DNA from: an uncultured Lachnospiraceae bacterium
GTDB taxonomy: Bacteria > Bacillota > Clostridia > Lachnospirales > Lachnospiraceae
NCBI GenBank assembly: GCA_945864145.1
Contig: CAMBAN010000001.1
Coordinates: 10,175 to 74,174 of the forward strand
Direction: 5' to 3'
DNA: 64,000 nucleotides
Part shown: positions 1 through 10,682 of the stretch, piece after piece
Numbering within the stretch: position 1 is the stretch's first letter
How the letters are laid out: each line of letters begins with the position of its first letter
The notes under the pieces: model-generated
Databases searched by the model: none
What the model was told of the DNA's origin: nothing
What the model saw: only the letters and a program-made list of their open reading frames with translations
Translations under genes and position numbers: made by a program

Positions 1-678
1 GAATTATTGATTGGTGACATCTCAACCGGTGTAATTACATATGAAATTGGATCTAAATACATAAATTCCCAGATCATATGTGCCCTCATCAATCAGTCTT
101 CGGATGAATTTGGCAATGATATTGACGGATCACCATATGATTATCTACCAGCCTTAATTGTAGATGGTGGATATAAGACAGTAGGATTATTTGGCTTCGC
201 ACGTGACCAGTCAATTACGAATGACAAATCCGATACAGACTTTGCCATGATGAACATCAATGATCAACTTGCTGCATCTATTTCCGCCCAAACAGGCAAG
301 CAATATACTGGATATCTGGTTGAGCTCCTTGCAAAAAATGGTGAGCCAATCAATTATATTGATCCTGAAACCAATAAAGTTGTCTCCATTGATGTAAGAG
401 CCGAAAAAGAAAAAGTAATTGCACAAATGGCTGAAAAATTTATTAAAATGCTTAATTCAGATTACGGTGATCTTTTAGATATTCGCTATATTCTTATGGC
501 CGGCGGAACCGGTGAAGCTTATTATCCATTCATTAAAGAATACTGTGAAAAAAATCGGCCATATATCAAAGTAGTTCTTGCAGGCGAAGATATGAAGATG
601 GGAGAGGACAACATAGGACCTGTTAATGCAATCGTATGTGGTCTTTTCAAAGGTGTCATTATAAACGAAGTAGCATAG
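1..678 (+). CDS. ParM/StbA-family actin-like partition ATPase (5'-truncated by window edge)
   Basis: Frame is open from base 1. Actin-fold phosphate-2 motif LIVDGGYKTVG and adenosine motif LMAGGTG. Confidence 0.75.
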   Translation, partial: ELLIGDISTGVITYEIGSKYINSQIICALINQSSDEFGNDIDGSPYDYLPALIVDGGYKTVGLFGFARDQSITNDKSDTDFAMMNINDQLAASISAQTGKQYTGYLVELLAKNGEPINYIDPETNKVVSIDVRAEKEKVIAQMAEKFIKMLNSDYGDLLDIRYILMAGGTGEAYYPFIKEYCEKNRPYIKVVLAGEDMKMGEDNIGPVNAIVCGLFKGVIINEVA

Positions 679-704
679 TGATTATCTTGGAAAGGAAATA
701 AACT

Positions 705-1373
705 ATGGCTTATTCATTAGTAAATCTCAAGCCATCGGATTTGAAAATTGCCGTTTGGGCAATTAAAATCAGAGAGTCATGGCGTGGTGGAATGTCTATT
801 ATGGCGCGAAAGGCCATTAAAAATTATATAAGATATGAAAAATTTGACTGCATAGGAAAAGTATGCATTAAAGGTCTGGATGTAAACAAAATAATGGAGA
901 TGCAGCCGCGAATCATGATTTCTTATAATGGAGATGATGAGATTACAAACTGGGTATCTGCATTATCAGATGAAGGTATCCAGATCTCACCCATATTCAG
1001 GGAAATACTCAGAGGCAGCATTATTGAAGTAGATTCATCTGACGAAGAGTGGATTCCAAGTTGTTTGGAAGCAGCTTCAGATGATTCTATTTTGAAGAAA
1101 TTGCATAACCTTGGTCTCACGGGGTCACAGTTTCAGGCTAAAGATAGAGTCTCATCTCCAAAGACTATTTCACAAACTGAAACCGCAAATAATGATAATG
1201 AAGCTCCTGTTTCCTCCACTTCATTGCCAATTTCCACTAAAAGCAGCGAACCTATGACTAAAAAACCACAAACAAAACCTTCAAATCATGCTTCAGATGA
1301 AAATCAAAAGTCGCCACATACACAAAAAAAATCAAGAGCAGCTGCTTTAACAGCTGGAATGCGTATGGACTAA
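705..1373 (+). CDS. Putative ParR-like partition adaptor / DNA-binding protein
   Basis: Directly downstream of the ParM-like gene, with SD GAAAGGA and a disordered C-terminal tail. Function inferred from position only. Confidence 0.4.
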   Translation: MAYSLVNLKPSDLKIAVWAIKIRESWRGGMSIMARKAIKNYIRYEKFDCIGKVCIKGLDVNKIMEMQPRIMISYNGDDEITNWVSALSDEGIQISPIFREILRGSIIEVDSSDEEWIPSCLEAASDDSILKKLHNLGLTGSQFQAKDRVSSPKTISQTETANNDNEAPVSSTSLPISTKSSEPMTKKPQTKPSNHASDENQKSPHTQKKSRAAALTAGMRMD

Positions 1374-1386
1374 ATTACGCAAACAC

Positions 1387-1415
1387 AGACCGGGCATTTT
1401 AGCCCGGTCTTTTTT
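1387..1415 (+). terminator. Intrinsic terminator of the par operon
   Basis: AGACCGGGC-ATTTTA-GCCCGGTCT followed by a T run. Confidence 0.85.
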
Positions 1416-1519
1416 ATTGTTCATCATATTTTATTATTTCTTAATTTAATTATTTCTTTTTATTCCATGTTTTTAGTATATATCAAATAAATAGATTTTA
1501 ATTTTAATTCTTTTTTGGC

Positions 1520-1550
1520 TTGACTTTTCTCATATGTTTATGTGTAAAAT
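1520..1550 (+). promoter_or_regulatory. 19-bp-spacer promoter, copy 1 (Tad operon)
   Basis: TTGACT-TTTCTCATATGTTTATGTG-TAAAAT. Confidence 0.7.
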
Positions 1551-1578
1551 TCGCAATATGAAAAAGGAGGGCAAAAAT

Positions 1579-1815
1579 TTGAAGAATTTAAACATCTCTT
1601 TCATCCTGATGACAGCAGCCATGGTTGTTACAGCAATCATCCTGTTTCGTATTCTTCGCAGGATCTTAGAGCCAAAAACAACAAGTAACCTGATTAAAGA
1701 GTATTCAAGTGATTATATCCCTGAAAAGAAGAAAAAGTATCCCGAGGTAATTGCATATATCGTAATTTCAGTAATTGTCTGCGGAATAAATTATCTGATT
1801 TTCTTAAAATTTTAA
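1579..1815 (+). CDS. Small two-TM membrane protein
   Basis: TTG start after SD AAGGAGG; two hydrophobic segments. Confidence 0.6.
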   Translation: MKNLNISFILMTAAMVVTAIILFRILRRILEPKTTSNLIKEYSSDYIPEKKKKYPEVIAYIVISVIVCGINYLIFLKF

Positions 1816-1831
1816 CAAAGGAGTACACCAA

Positions 1832-2905
1832 ATGAGAAGATTTTCTCGAGCAACCAAGAAAAAATCAACTACCATACTCATCTGCGTTCTTGTAATTGGC
1901 ATCGCATTTGGTCTTGCATTCTTTTTTTCCGTCCGTCAGATCAAAAATCGTTACGAGGCGGAAAACCTTGCGATCCAGAATCAGCTTGATTCTGTCCAGA
2001 ACATGGTATATGTGGCTACTAAAGATATTCCTGCTGGTGGTGTTATTGATCAGGATAGTGTCTCTAAAACAGCAATTTCAACGAGCATTGACACTTCCCT
2101 TTACATTACTGATGACGATCTCGGAAAAATAGCAGTAGTTAACATCAGCCAAGGACAATCTGTTTTTTCAAACATGGTTGGAACAGACTATGCTGCTTAC
2201 TTACGAGAATGTGAATATGCACTTATCACTCTGAATTCTAACCTTAAAAAGAATGATCTTATTGATGTTCGAATTATGTACACAAATGGAGAAAACTACA
2301 CAATCTTATCCAAAAAATGTATTAAGGGCATCAATTTTGATACCAATGAGATCTACCTTTGGAATGGCGAGAAAGACATAATGCTCATGTCTGCAGCAAT
2401 TGTTGATACCTACATGAATGAGGGCGCCATCATATATACAACCAAATATATAGAAGATGGCCAGAAAGCAACTACAGTGAACTACCAGCCGTCCAGTGAT
2501 GTAATGGCAGCAATGGCAAATGATCCAAACCTGCTTACAGAAGCTACAAATTCTCTGAATGCAAGCATGAGAGAGTCAATTGAATCACGGCTCAATAACG
2601 GAAAGTCAGATGAAAATTCGACGAAAAAAGATGTAAAGCTTACTGGCACTATTACATCCGGAAACGGGACATCTGACCCAGAAGCCACATCGGGATCATC
2701 TGCAGACGATTCATCAATGAACAATACAGATTCTTCTGATACTTCCTCTGAGAGTTCAGGAAATACAGATTCTTCTGATACATCAGGAAATGACAGCAGT
2801 AACACTGACAATGGAGAAAACACATACTCTGACAAATCAACAGGATCATATGAAGATGAAGGTAACAAAATGAATGAAGACGGAGGAAGCCATTATGAGT
2901 ATTAA
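1832..2905 (+). CDS. cpaB: Flp pilus assembly protein CpaB/RcpC-like (SAF domain)
   Basis: N-terminal TM, SAF-like VYVATKDIPAGGVI, LKKNDLIDV motif, Ser/Asp-rich tail; Tad operon context. Confidence 0.7.
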   Translation: MRRFSRATKKKSTTILICVLVIGIAFGLAFFFSVRQIKNRYEAENLAIQNQLDSVQNMVYVATKDIPAGGVIDQDSVSKTAISTSIDTSLYITDDDLGKIAVVNISQGQSVFSNMVGTDYAAYLRECEYALITLNSNLKKNDLIDVRIMYTNGENYTILSKKCIKGINFDTNEIYLWNGEKDIMLMSAAIVDTYMNEGAIIYTTKYIEDGQKATTVNYQPSSDVMAAMANDPNLLTEATNSLNASMRESIESRLNNGKSDENSTKKDVKLTGTITSGNGTSDPEATSGSSADDSSMNNTDSSDTSSESSGNTDSSDTSGNDSSNTDNGENTYSDKSTGSYEDEGNKMNEDGGSHYEY

Positions 2906-3614
2906 CATCGCCTTTTATGGATCAAAATGCTTTGATCTCCTTCATTACGTTTCCCGGGTGCTGAAAGCTTGTAATATTTCATCAATAATGATTGACTGGT
3001 CTGTTGACCAATCACTTTATAAGTCGATTCCTAACCCTGGAATTCAGGAAAATGAGGTTATTGATTATAGAGGTGTGGATGTATCTACCAACTATAGAAA
3101 AAGTATGTCTTTTGATTACGATGTTATTTTTTATTACATCGGACACAGAATATCAACCGAACTTGAACATTTTTATGCGAATTACGGATTTATTGTGACA
3201 TCAGCCGAACTGCAGGAAGTAGAACAGGCAAAATCCCAGTCTATAAATTTTTCAAAATTAGGCTACTTAAAAGACGATTCGGAATGCGAAGAAGATGAGC
3301 CGGTAGAAGAGGTTTTCGAAAGAAACCACACGTATCTCTTAATCCTTGGTTTTCTCGCGGACAAGAAGAAAAAATTCATTAGCTCTGAGCTTGAATTTTC
3401 ACTTCGTGACACAATAGCTGTCCCATATGATGCAGAAACGGCAGAATGTCGTATCAAATGTATGTATGATAATGTATTTCGATTTTCCGGAATTTCCCCT
3501 GAATTTCAGGAGTTGATTGACCGTTTATGTTTAACAGTTTTAAAAGACTGTGGAATCGAATTGACACCACGTGAATACCGCAAATTATACAAATTGGCAG
3601 AAAGGGGGAAATAA
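2895..3614 (+). CDS. Degenerate ParA/MinD-like Tad accessory protein
   Basis: IAFYG start, SIMIDWS and YDVIFYYIG strands resemble the MinD fold, but there is no intact Walker A. Overlaps the cpaB stop. Confidence 0.45.
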   Translation: MSINIAFYGSKCFDLLHYVSRVLKACNISSIMIDWSVDQSLYKSIPNPGIQENEVIDYRGVDVSTNYRKSMSFDYDVIFYYIGHRISTELEHFYANYGFIVTSAELQEVEQAKSQSINFSKLGYLKDDSECEEDEPVEEVFERNHTYLLILGFLADKKKKFISSELEFSLRDTIAVPYDAETAECRIKCMYDNVFRFSGISPEFQELIDRLCLTVLKDCGIELTPREYRKLYKLAERGK

Positions 3615-3618
3615 TTCC

Positions 3619-4407
3619 ATGAAGGTAGCATTTTGGTCTAATGTACATGGGCAGACTGGAGTAACCAGTAATGTGATTGCACTTGCACTTATGGCCGCAA
3701 TTGAAAAGAAGAAAGTGGCATTGCTGCAGAGTCATTTCGTTCTCAACAACATGTCTAAACCCCTTGTTGGTACAGATGTCAATCCAGAAGAATTCAGGGA
3801 CACGGGAATTGATGCGTTGATCCGGGACTATAAATCACGTGCACTGTCTGAGGATGTGATCAGGACAGATGCCATCACCGTTCCAAACTTAAACAGACGA
3901 TGTGATCTGTACATAGGTACTGGTCGTCAGAATGAAGCGGATTACGAAAGAGAACTTTTAACAGTTTTTGAGGACATTTACGATTCTGTTGATAAGTTTC
4001 ACAATCTTTCATTCATTGACGTAAGAAGCGGATACCGGGAAGTGTCACAATCCATACTTTCATGCGCGGATGTAGTAGTAGTGTGTCTTAACCAAAATAC
4101 ACATGTAATTGATCGCTATTTTGCAAAACCGGTTGATGCAACTAACGTTTACTATCTGTTTGGAAATTACGATGAGAATTCGAAATTCACACTAAAAAAC
4201 CTACAGAAAAAATATTCTGCATTACGAAAACGGTCAGCAATGATTGCGCATAACGCGGAATTTATGGATGCGCAGAACGATGGACAGGCAGTACAGTTCA
4301 TGTTGAAGAATTATAACTGTGCTTATGGAAGTGCAAACTACGAGTTTGTTGAGTCCCTTAAAACTTGTCTGGATAAGTTTGGGCTTTTGAGGAAGGAGGA
4401 ATCCTAA
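3619..4407 (+). CDS. CpaE/TadZ-like ParA/MinD-family protein
   Basis: MKVAFWSNVHGQTGVTS deviant Walker A; FIDVRSG and ADVVVVCL motifs. Confidence 0.65.
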   Translation: MKVAFWSNVHGQTGVTSNVIALALMAAIEKKKVALLQSHFVLNNMSKPLVGTDVNPEEFRDTGIDALIRDYKSRALSEDVIRTDAITVPNLNRRCDLYIGTGRQNEADYERELLTVFEDIYDSVDKFHNLSFIDVRSGYREVSQSILSCADVVVVCLNQNTHVIDRYFAKPVDATNVYYLFGNYDENSKFTLKNLQKKYSALRKRSAMIAHNAEFMDAQNDGQAVQFMLKNYNCAYGSANYEFVESLKTCLDKFGLLRKEES

Positions 4408-6170
4408 TGGAATTTAACACCATTATGATTGTTCTTATCATTTTGGTAATGGCTGCCTTAATATTCTTTACATTTTTCCGGAAAGCCCCATCTGTCCCGG
4501 TTTCACTCGATGAAGATATTTTTTCTTTTGATTATCTGGTAGATGCAGTGTGGAACGACATCAATAATGCGCTACGGCAACGTCCGGAAGATATGAACCT
4601 GAACAAGTATGAAACAGAAAAGCAGAAAAAGCAGAAAACCAATCTAATGCGGAATCTGGAAACATGTTCTGCAGGTGATTATGGAGCAAAAATGTTTGTC
4701 ATTGATTATATCTCATCCTTATTACAAGGAAAACATGGAATTGACGCACTTACAATCAACCGTCCTATCAAATTTCATGATGAAGAACAGCTTTCTTCGG
4801 ATGAGAAATATGATATTCTGCTCTGCTATTACACCCGTGAATATGGAATGCATGATGCAATGCATGAGTTTATCTGCCAAAACCACTTTGATGAACTCCG
4901 AAATGAGCAATATTATGTAGACGAACAAGATGTAAAAGAAGTTTATCACAGGCTTTTACCTAAAATGAATCTTTCTTTTACAGACAAAATGGATGTGTTG
5001 GCACACCGTATTTATCAGACACGTTCCGGTCACGGATGCGCTGACCGTACAAGGGATCTGAATGTATCTGGTGTAAGTCTTGGCGTTTCCGGAATTTCCG
5101 CAGATACTTTTTCTTTTGCCGGAGCCTCCAAAAGCCAGGCAAATAACAAAACGGCATATCGCTTTAGCTATGACAGTTTTTGGATGAATTTCGAAGGTAA
5201 GCAATTTTATATGTCGTGCACAGGATGCCATTCCCAGAAGGAACTGATTCGTGTCTGCAAAAACCTTTACAGATACCATGCCCCAAAGAATGCAAGTGCA
5301 AATGACGGAAGAGTCCTGAACGATATGAAAGATGGCAGCCGTGTTACTGTTGCCAGACCAAATTTCTGCGGTTCCTGGAGCGCAATTGTAAGAAAGCACT
5401 CCGGTGGAAAAATGCTTACCCTGGAGGAACAGCTCACAGATCCTGGCGCAGAAAATGTAATCGCACTTCTGAAATACATCATTTTGGGAGAGCAGTCTCT
5501 GGAAATCACTGGCGGGCAAAGCTGTGGTAAAACAACTGTTTTACGCCGGGCAGCCACCTTTATTCGAAAATACAAAACGATTCGAACTGAAGAAACTATT
5601 TTCGAGTTGGAACTAAATGAGGTAATGCAGGATCGTAACATTGTAACTTTCCGGGAAACAGATCTTATATCTGGTCAGGAGGCCTTGAATTTCATTAAGA
5701 AGACAGACTGTGACGTCCTTATCTTTGGAGAAACCGTAGATCCTGCTGTTGCGGCATGGAAAATCCAAGCATCCCAAACAGGTGGTCCATTCAACATGGA
5801 AACAAACCACGCAGAAACTACAGAAAAACTGCTTAAATGGTATCGAAATGCACTCCTTATGTGTGCAGGGTTTTCAAACGAATTGATCGCTATGGAACAG
5901 GTGGTAGATGCTCTTAAATTTGACGTGCATATGGCTAAAACACCATCTGGTCACTTTTACTGTGAAAGAATAACAGAAATCATCCCAGTAGAAGATGATA
6001 AAAAGCCGTACAAACTTGTCAACATTATTGTATTTAATAAGAAAGAAAACCGGTACGAAGTTACACATGAACTTTCAAAACAAATGCAGGAAAGAATACT
6101 GGCCAACCTGCATGAAGATGAAGCAAAGGATTTTCTTAGTATTTTTGAGCAGATTAAGGAGGTGGCTTAA
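4407..6170 (+). CDS. cpaF: CpaF/TadA-family pilus assembly ATPase
   Basis: Walker A GGQSCGKTT, DGSRVTVARP, Asp box TEETIFEL, IFGE, His box ETNHAET. Confidence 0.85.
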   Translation: MEFNTIMIVLIILVMAALIFFTFFRKAPSVPVSLDEDIFSFDYLVDAVWNDINNALRQRPEDMNLNKYETEKQKKQKTNLMRNLETCSAGDYGAKMFVIDYISSLLQGKHGIDALTINRPIKFHDEEQLSSDEKYDILLCYYTREYGMHDAMHEFICQNHFDELRNEQYYVDEQDVKEVYHRLLPKMNLSFTDKMDVLAHRIYQTRSGHGCADRTRDLNVSGVSLGVSGISADTFSFAGASKSQANNKTAYRFSYDSFWMNFEGKQFYMSCTGCHSQKELIRVCKNLYRYHAPKNASANDGRVLNDMKDGSRVTVARPNFCGSWSAIVRKHSGGKMLTLEEQLTDPGAENVIALLKYIILGEQSLEITGGQSCGKTTVLRRAATFIRKYKTIRTEETIFELELNEVMQDRNIVTFRETDLISGQEALNFIKKTDCDVLIFGETVDPAVAAWKIQASQTGGPFNMETNHAETTEKLLKWYRNALLMCAGFSNELIAMEQVVDALKFDVHMAKTPSGHFYCERITEIIPVEDDKKPYKLVNIIVFNKKENRYEVTHELSKQMQERILANLHEDEAKDFLSIFEQIKEVA

Positions 6171-6172
6171 AC

Positions 6173-8197
6173 ATGACATCTACCCGCAATTTTATAATCT
6201 CATTGGTCATGATTTTGATCTGGGCGGCTGTGTTATTATTTTTTGCCATCCGATTCTATCAAAAACAGCTCAGTAAAAAAATGAGCAACTCCATATATGT
6301 AGCTGGAAAAGGAAAGCTGAAGGTACGATTCTTGCATGCCGCTTATTCCTTTTTCAGTTCATTTCCCTTAACCCGGCGATATATCCGAAAAATAAGGGAA
6401 CGATATGAAATCCTTGAACCCGGCGATATAGAAAAAACAGAGAACGAAACCATACAGACCGCGTTAACTATATGGTTCATAAGTATAATGTCCTTTGTTG
6501 TTGGAGCTCTTTTTGATTTTTCTGTATACACAATTCTTGTATCTGGATTCATGGCTTACATGATAAGTACATACCTTCTTTTCCAGAATATAAACAAGAA
6601 AAAGAAACTGGTAAATAACCAATTGATTCAGTTTATAGCGGACACTGAACATGCATATTTTGCGACAAATATGATTGAATCTGCTATCACAAACTCAATC
6701 ACCTACTCACCTGAACCAATAAGATCCCACATGGAGAAGATCAGCGAAATCGTTGATTCCAGCGATTCCACCGAACAGACCGCAACCTATGTGGATAATA
6801 CCACAAACCCTTTTTTGCAATTATTTCTTTCTGCATGTGAACTGGTAAATGAATATGACGACAAAATAGTACAGGGATTTTCACTTTTCGTAAGAAATTT
6901 AAACAGCATTAAGAGTTCTATATCATCCTGGTTATTAACGCAGAAGACACTGGAAGAAAAATTTCGCTTTATGGAAATCTTAGTTGCTTTGCCGCTGCTA
7001 TTTATCCGTCCTATTTACTTATACATGGTAAAGAATTGGGCAGAAACAGCTCATTATTACAAAGGACCATACGGTATCATCATGTCCGCTGTAATATGTT
7101 TTTCCGTTATTCTCTTATATCTTTATACATCCAGCCTTAAGGATTTGGAGTTTAAGGAATCTGGAGAACATATTTTTCTGGATTATATTTGCCACATACC
7201 CATAATTAAAGGGCTCCTTGATGCATGGGAAGATAAGAATTATGGAAAAACGCTGAAATTAAATGGCATGCTGAGACGTTCCGGATCAAACATGAATGCC
7301 AAAATGCTGCAGATTGAAAAAATATTTTCAATGATTGGTATGTATTTTTTATCAGTTTTTTTATGTTTTGCCATAGTTTCATCGAGTAAAAATCTGGTCA
7401 TTACAACAACGGATTCCTTGGAATCATCACTTACTTACATCGTTGACGATAATGACAAATTGCAACAATATATCACTTATTCGACTGATTTGGTGAAAGG
7501 ATATCTTGATCAGAACATTACAGCAGATGACATCCAGAAAGTAATTAAAAGTGATGGAACCATCTCCGATGATGACGTGATCGAACTCTTGGCAAATGAT
7601 GTAGTAAAAAGAATTGTAAAATATCAAAATACCTACTTTAAGTGGTGGTACTTAATTATATGTTTGGGAATAGGGGCTGTTGGTTACTATCTCCCCCTGC
7701 TACTTCTATACTCAAGGAAATCCTTGATGAAAATGACACAGGAGAACGAAGTAACACAGTTCCGGAGCATAATATGTATGCTTATGCACATTCCGGAAAT
7801 GACCCCAGACGTAATATTAAACTGGATGTGCCGTTTTTCAAACATTTTCAGGGATTCACTTACCAAATGCCAGTTTCGTCTGGGTGCCGGTGATACGGAT
7901 GCTCTGGAAGAACTGAAAGAAGATGAGCCATTTATTCCTTTTCAAAGGATTATCGACAGTTTAATTGATGCGGACCGGGTCGGCGTAGAAAAAGCCTTCG
8001 TGGAACTTACCGGAGACATGGAAGTGTCAAAAAAAGAAAGAGAACTTGATACTAACACCTATATCAACAAGAAATCCAGTTTAGCTTCTATGTTAGTATT
8101 TATCCCGCTACTTTTGCTACTTTTCGGATATATGATCGCACCAATGATGCTTACCGCATTTGGTTCAATGAATGGTTTAAACACAACAATATCATAA
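6173..8197 (+). CDS. TadB/TadC-like fused membrane platform protein
   Basis: Multiple TM clusters in two repeated halves, directly after CpaF. Confidence 0.65.
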   Translation: MTSTRNFIISLVMILIWAAVLLFFAIRFYQKQLSKKMSNSIYVAGKGKLKVRFLHAAYSFFSSFPLTRRYIRKIRERYEILEPGDIEKTENETIQTALTIWFISIMSFVVGALFDFSVYTILVSGFMAYMISTYLLFQNINKKKKLVNNQLIQFIADTEHAYFATNMIESAITNSITYSPEPIRSHMEKISEIVDSSDSTEQTATYVDNTTNPFLQLFLSACELVNEYDDKIVQGFSLFVRNLNSIKSSISSWLLTQKTLEEKFRFMEILVALPLLFIRPIYLYMVKNWAETAHYYKGPYGIIMSAVICFSVILLYLYTSSLKDLEFKESGEHIFLDYICHIPIIKGLLDAWEDKNYGKTLKLNGMLRRSGSNMNAKMLQIEKIFSMIGMYFLSVFLCFAIVSSSKNLVITTTDSLESSLTYIVDDNDKLQQYITYSTDLVKGYLDQNITADDIQKVIKSDGTISDDDVIELLANDVVKRIVKYQNTYFKWWYLIICLGIGAVGYYLPLLLLYSRKSLMKMTQENEVTQFRSIICMLMHIPEMTPDVILNWMCRFSNIFRDSLTKCQFRLGAGDTDALEELKEDEPFIPFQRIIDSLIDADRVGVEKAFVELTGDMEVSKKERELDTNTYINKKSSLASMLVFIPLLLLLFGYMIAPMMLTAFGSMNGLNTTIS

Positions 8198-8225
8198 AAT
8201 TTTGATTTATAGGAGGAAATAAAAA

Positions 8226-8675
8226 ATGGGAGACGTGTTACATAAATTTATCGCAGTTGGAGTAATTGTTCTAATGACAGTAGTGCTTATTGCTGCTGTT
8301 TTAAAACTTAATAATCAGAGTCAGGAAAGTTTAAATATCGGTTCCTCGAAATTAAGCAAATTGAATTCCGACTTACAGGATTCCGATACAGGAATGTATG
8401 ACGGAATCGCCATTAGTGGTTCCGAAGTTCTCAATGTAATAAAAAATTACTCTGAGGAGAAAGTTTCAATTAAAGTCGTTACTAAAAAATCTACGACTTA
8501 TTATGGGTATTCCGTTGATGCCGGCAATAACCTTACTACCGGAGCTACCGGATCTCTAAAAAAAGCGGAATCTATTACAGACAACCAGTATATCAATCCT
8601 ACTGGCAGCTTTAAGGGAAGCATATTAAAAGATTCCAATGATGTAGCTACATGTATTGTTTTTACGCAGGAATAA
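8226..8675 (+). CDS. Pilin-like protein
   Basis: N-terminal hydrophobic helix and YDGIAISGSEVLNVI motif, in a Tad cluster. Confidence 0.55.
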   Translation: MGDVLHKFIAVGVIVLMTVVLIAAVLKLNNQSQESLNIGSSKLSKLNSDLQDSDTGMYDGIAISGSEVLNVIKNYSEEKVSIKVVTKKSTTYYGYSVDAGNNLTTGATGSLKKAESITDNQYINPTGSFKGSILKDSNDVATCIVFTQE

Positions 8676-8701
8676 ATAAAATGAGGAAATAGGACATTAC
8701 T

Positions 8702-9088
8702 ATGGGAAAAGTTATAAGTGATTACCTTGAAGCTGCTTTAGGTGCTTTTGTTCTTATTGCTTTTTTATACCTTTCCTTTCATTCTTTCCGGGTAATTGAA
8801 AACAGCATTATTTCCCAAAAGGAAATAGAAGCTGCTTCAAACCCGGTGGTTTATCAGACGAAAAAAGAAAGTGATTATTCGAATGTCGTAATCGGCAAAA
8901 ACGAACTTATAAGCAATTTAATGCAGTATCTGGATTATCCAGTAAACATTGATGGGCTGGTTATCAAACCAGAAGATTATTTCTATGTAAACTTCGATTA
9001 TTCCGTAATTAAAGATGGCAACTATAGGGTTACTTACCAGTATAACGATGATGGGAGTATCAAAATGGTGTTCTACACCAGTCAGTAG
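8702..9088 (+). CDS. Minor pilin-like protein
   Basis: N-terminal TM helix; Tad context. Confidence 0.45.
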   Translation: MGKVISDYLEAALGAFVLIAFLYLSFHSFRVIENSIISQKEIEAASNPVVYQTKKESDYSNVVIGKNELISNLMQYLDYPVNIDGLVIKPEDYFYVNFDYSVIKDGNYRVTYQYNDDGSIKMVFYTSQ

Positions 9089-9157
9089 TTTCTGCCATAT
9101 GATCATGCGGAACATGTAATTATCAAAACAAAAAACACCGTAAGCAGGAGGAACACA

Positions 9158-9667
9158 TTGGTAGACAAGTTTTTTGCAATAATTGTTGGAACTTTTATAC
9201 TGTTTAGCATATCAATGTCTGTAGTATCAGAACAGACAGACCATGTGGCCCAGGAAAATGTTGACATTGCCACAACTAAATTTGTGGACAACATCCGCGA
9301 AAGCGGCTATATGTCCAAAAGAATGTACGAAGACTTTATTAAAAAGCTTCAAATTACAGGAAATCTTTATGACATTACTATGACATGTGAGCATGTCAGC
9401 TACATTCCGGTTTACACGGATGATGGGGTTTTTAAAAATGACTATCAGGAATCATATATCAAAACCTACAAGAAAGATATTCTTAAATCAATCTATGACG
9501 ATGGCGAGGATTTCAAAATGTCTGAAGGTGACTATTTCTATGTAAAAGTTTCTTCCAAAAATGTAACTTTAGCCACAAAAGTACGCAACTTCATATTCCA
9601 CACAGGTTCCCCAACAGGGACAATAACATCATATTATGGGGGAAGTATAAGAAATGAGGTTTTGTAA
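9158..9667 (+). CDS. TadE-like minor pilin
   Basis: TTG start after SD AGGAGG; N-terminal TM; FVDNIRESGYMS motif. Confidence 0.5.
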   Translation: MVDKFFAIIVGTFILFSISMSVVSEQTDHVAQENVDIATTKFVDNIRESGYMSKRMYEDFIKKLQITGNLYDITMTCEHVSYIPVYTDDGVFKNDYQESYIKTYKKDILKSIYDDGEDFKMSEGDYFYVKVSSKNVTLATKVRNFIFHTGSPTGTITSYYGGSIRNEVL

Positions 9668-10670
9668 TTACGTTACATTGGCTGCAATCTTAGTTGCAGC
9701 ACTATTAATCCCACTGAAGATACAGTCTAGCGAGGTGGATACCATTACAGATGTAAAACAGTCTTACTCGAATGCCATGGAAACCGCTGCAGATGATGCC
9801 ATGGAAAGTGCCGTGGAATCCGATCACGGAGATGATGTGGACTTAAATAAAGACCACATCATTGACAAATTTTACCACACTCTTTTTATTAACCTTGGCT
9901 GTCCAAACGACACAATTAAACAGAATGCCGTTAAAGCATATATTCCCGTAACTGTTCTTGTTGCCAGAGACGGTTTTTATGTAAACTATTCTACAACTGT
10001 GACAACCAGCAACGGTGATAAAATCATAACAAAAAACTGGTCAAAAAAAATACCTTTTACATATACAGAAGCGAATAGTGGGAGAGTTTTCACCTTTTCT
10101 TTGGATGATAACATTAAAATTTATGATCCCCACACTAATTCTGTATCAGGTGGTGACTACCATGATTATGCCAAAATATCATCTTTTAAATTAGATGATC
10201 CAGACAATGACTGCTATCGCAGTTCCCTTTTATGTGATGGTAATTTTGATACCATTCGCAGAACAACCATAATCAATAAGATTACCGAAACAATGGAATA
10301 TTACATTAACCAGCATAACAAAATTGCCCGACAGTATGGAATATCCTACAAATTTTCTCTTCCATTTATTTCAGAAGATGACTGGGCACGAACAATTAAC
10401 GATATAAGTCTGTTCTCTGTTTTTCAGGGATATCCTTATGTCAGTACAAACCCTAAACTGGGATTTTTAAATATTTATGCGATCGGAGGTGCCAGAATCG
10501 TCAAACCGGATGCTTATTACATCACGGAAGAAAATGGGAAAAAGTTATATCACCTTTCCTTGTGCAAAAAAGTTATAAATGCAGCTCCAGAAGTAAAATC
10601 TCAGGTTTACGGTTCAAGGCAGGAATGTGCATTACAAGGAGCCTATCCTTGTCCGGACTGCCGTCCGTAA
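9654..10670 (+). CDS. TadG-like / pilus-associated protein with C-terminal Cys motif
   Basis: N-terminal TM; YHLSLC...GAYPCPDCRP metal-binding-like tail. Confidence 0.45.
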   Translation: MRFCNYVTLAAILVAALLIPLKIQSSEVDTITDVKQSYSNAMETAADDAMESAVESDHGDDVDLNKDHIIDKFYHTLFINLGCPNDTIKQNAVKAYIPVTVLVARDGFYVNYSTTVTTSNGDKIITKNWSKKIPFTYTEANSGRVFTFSLDDNIKIYDPHTNSVSGGDYHDYAKISSFKLDDPDNDCYRSSLLCDGNFDTIRRTTIINKITETMEYYINQHNKIARQYGISYKFSLPFISEDDWARTINDISLFSVFQGYPYVSTNPKLGFLNIYAIGGARIVKPDAYYITEENGKKLYHLSLCKKVINAAPEVKSQVYGSRQECALQGAYPCPDCRP

Positions 10671-10682
10671 AGAAAGGAGAAC

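Noticed and set aside
2720-2785. Direct repeat AATACAGATTCTTCTGATAC
   Set aside because: Coding duplication in the low-complexity CpaB tail.
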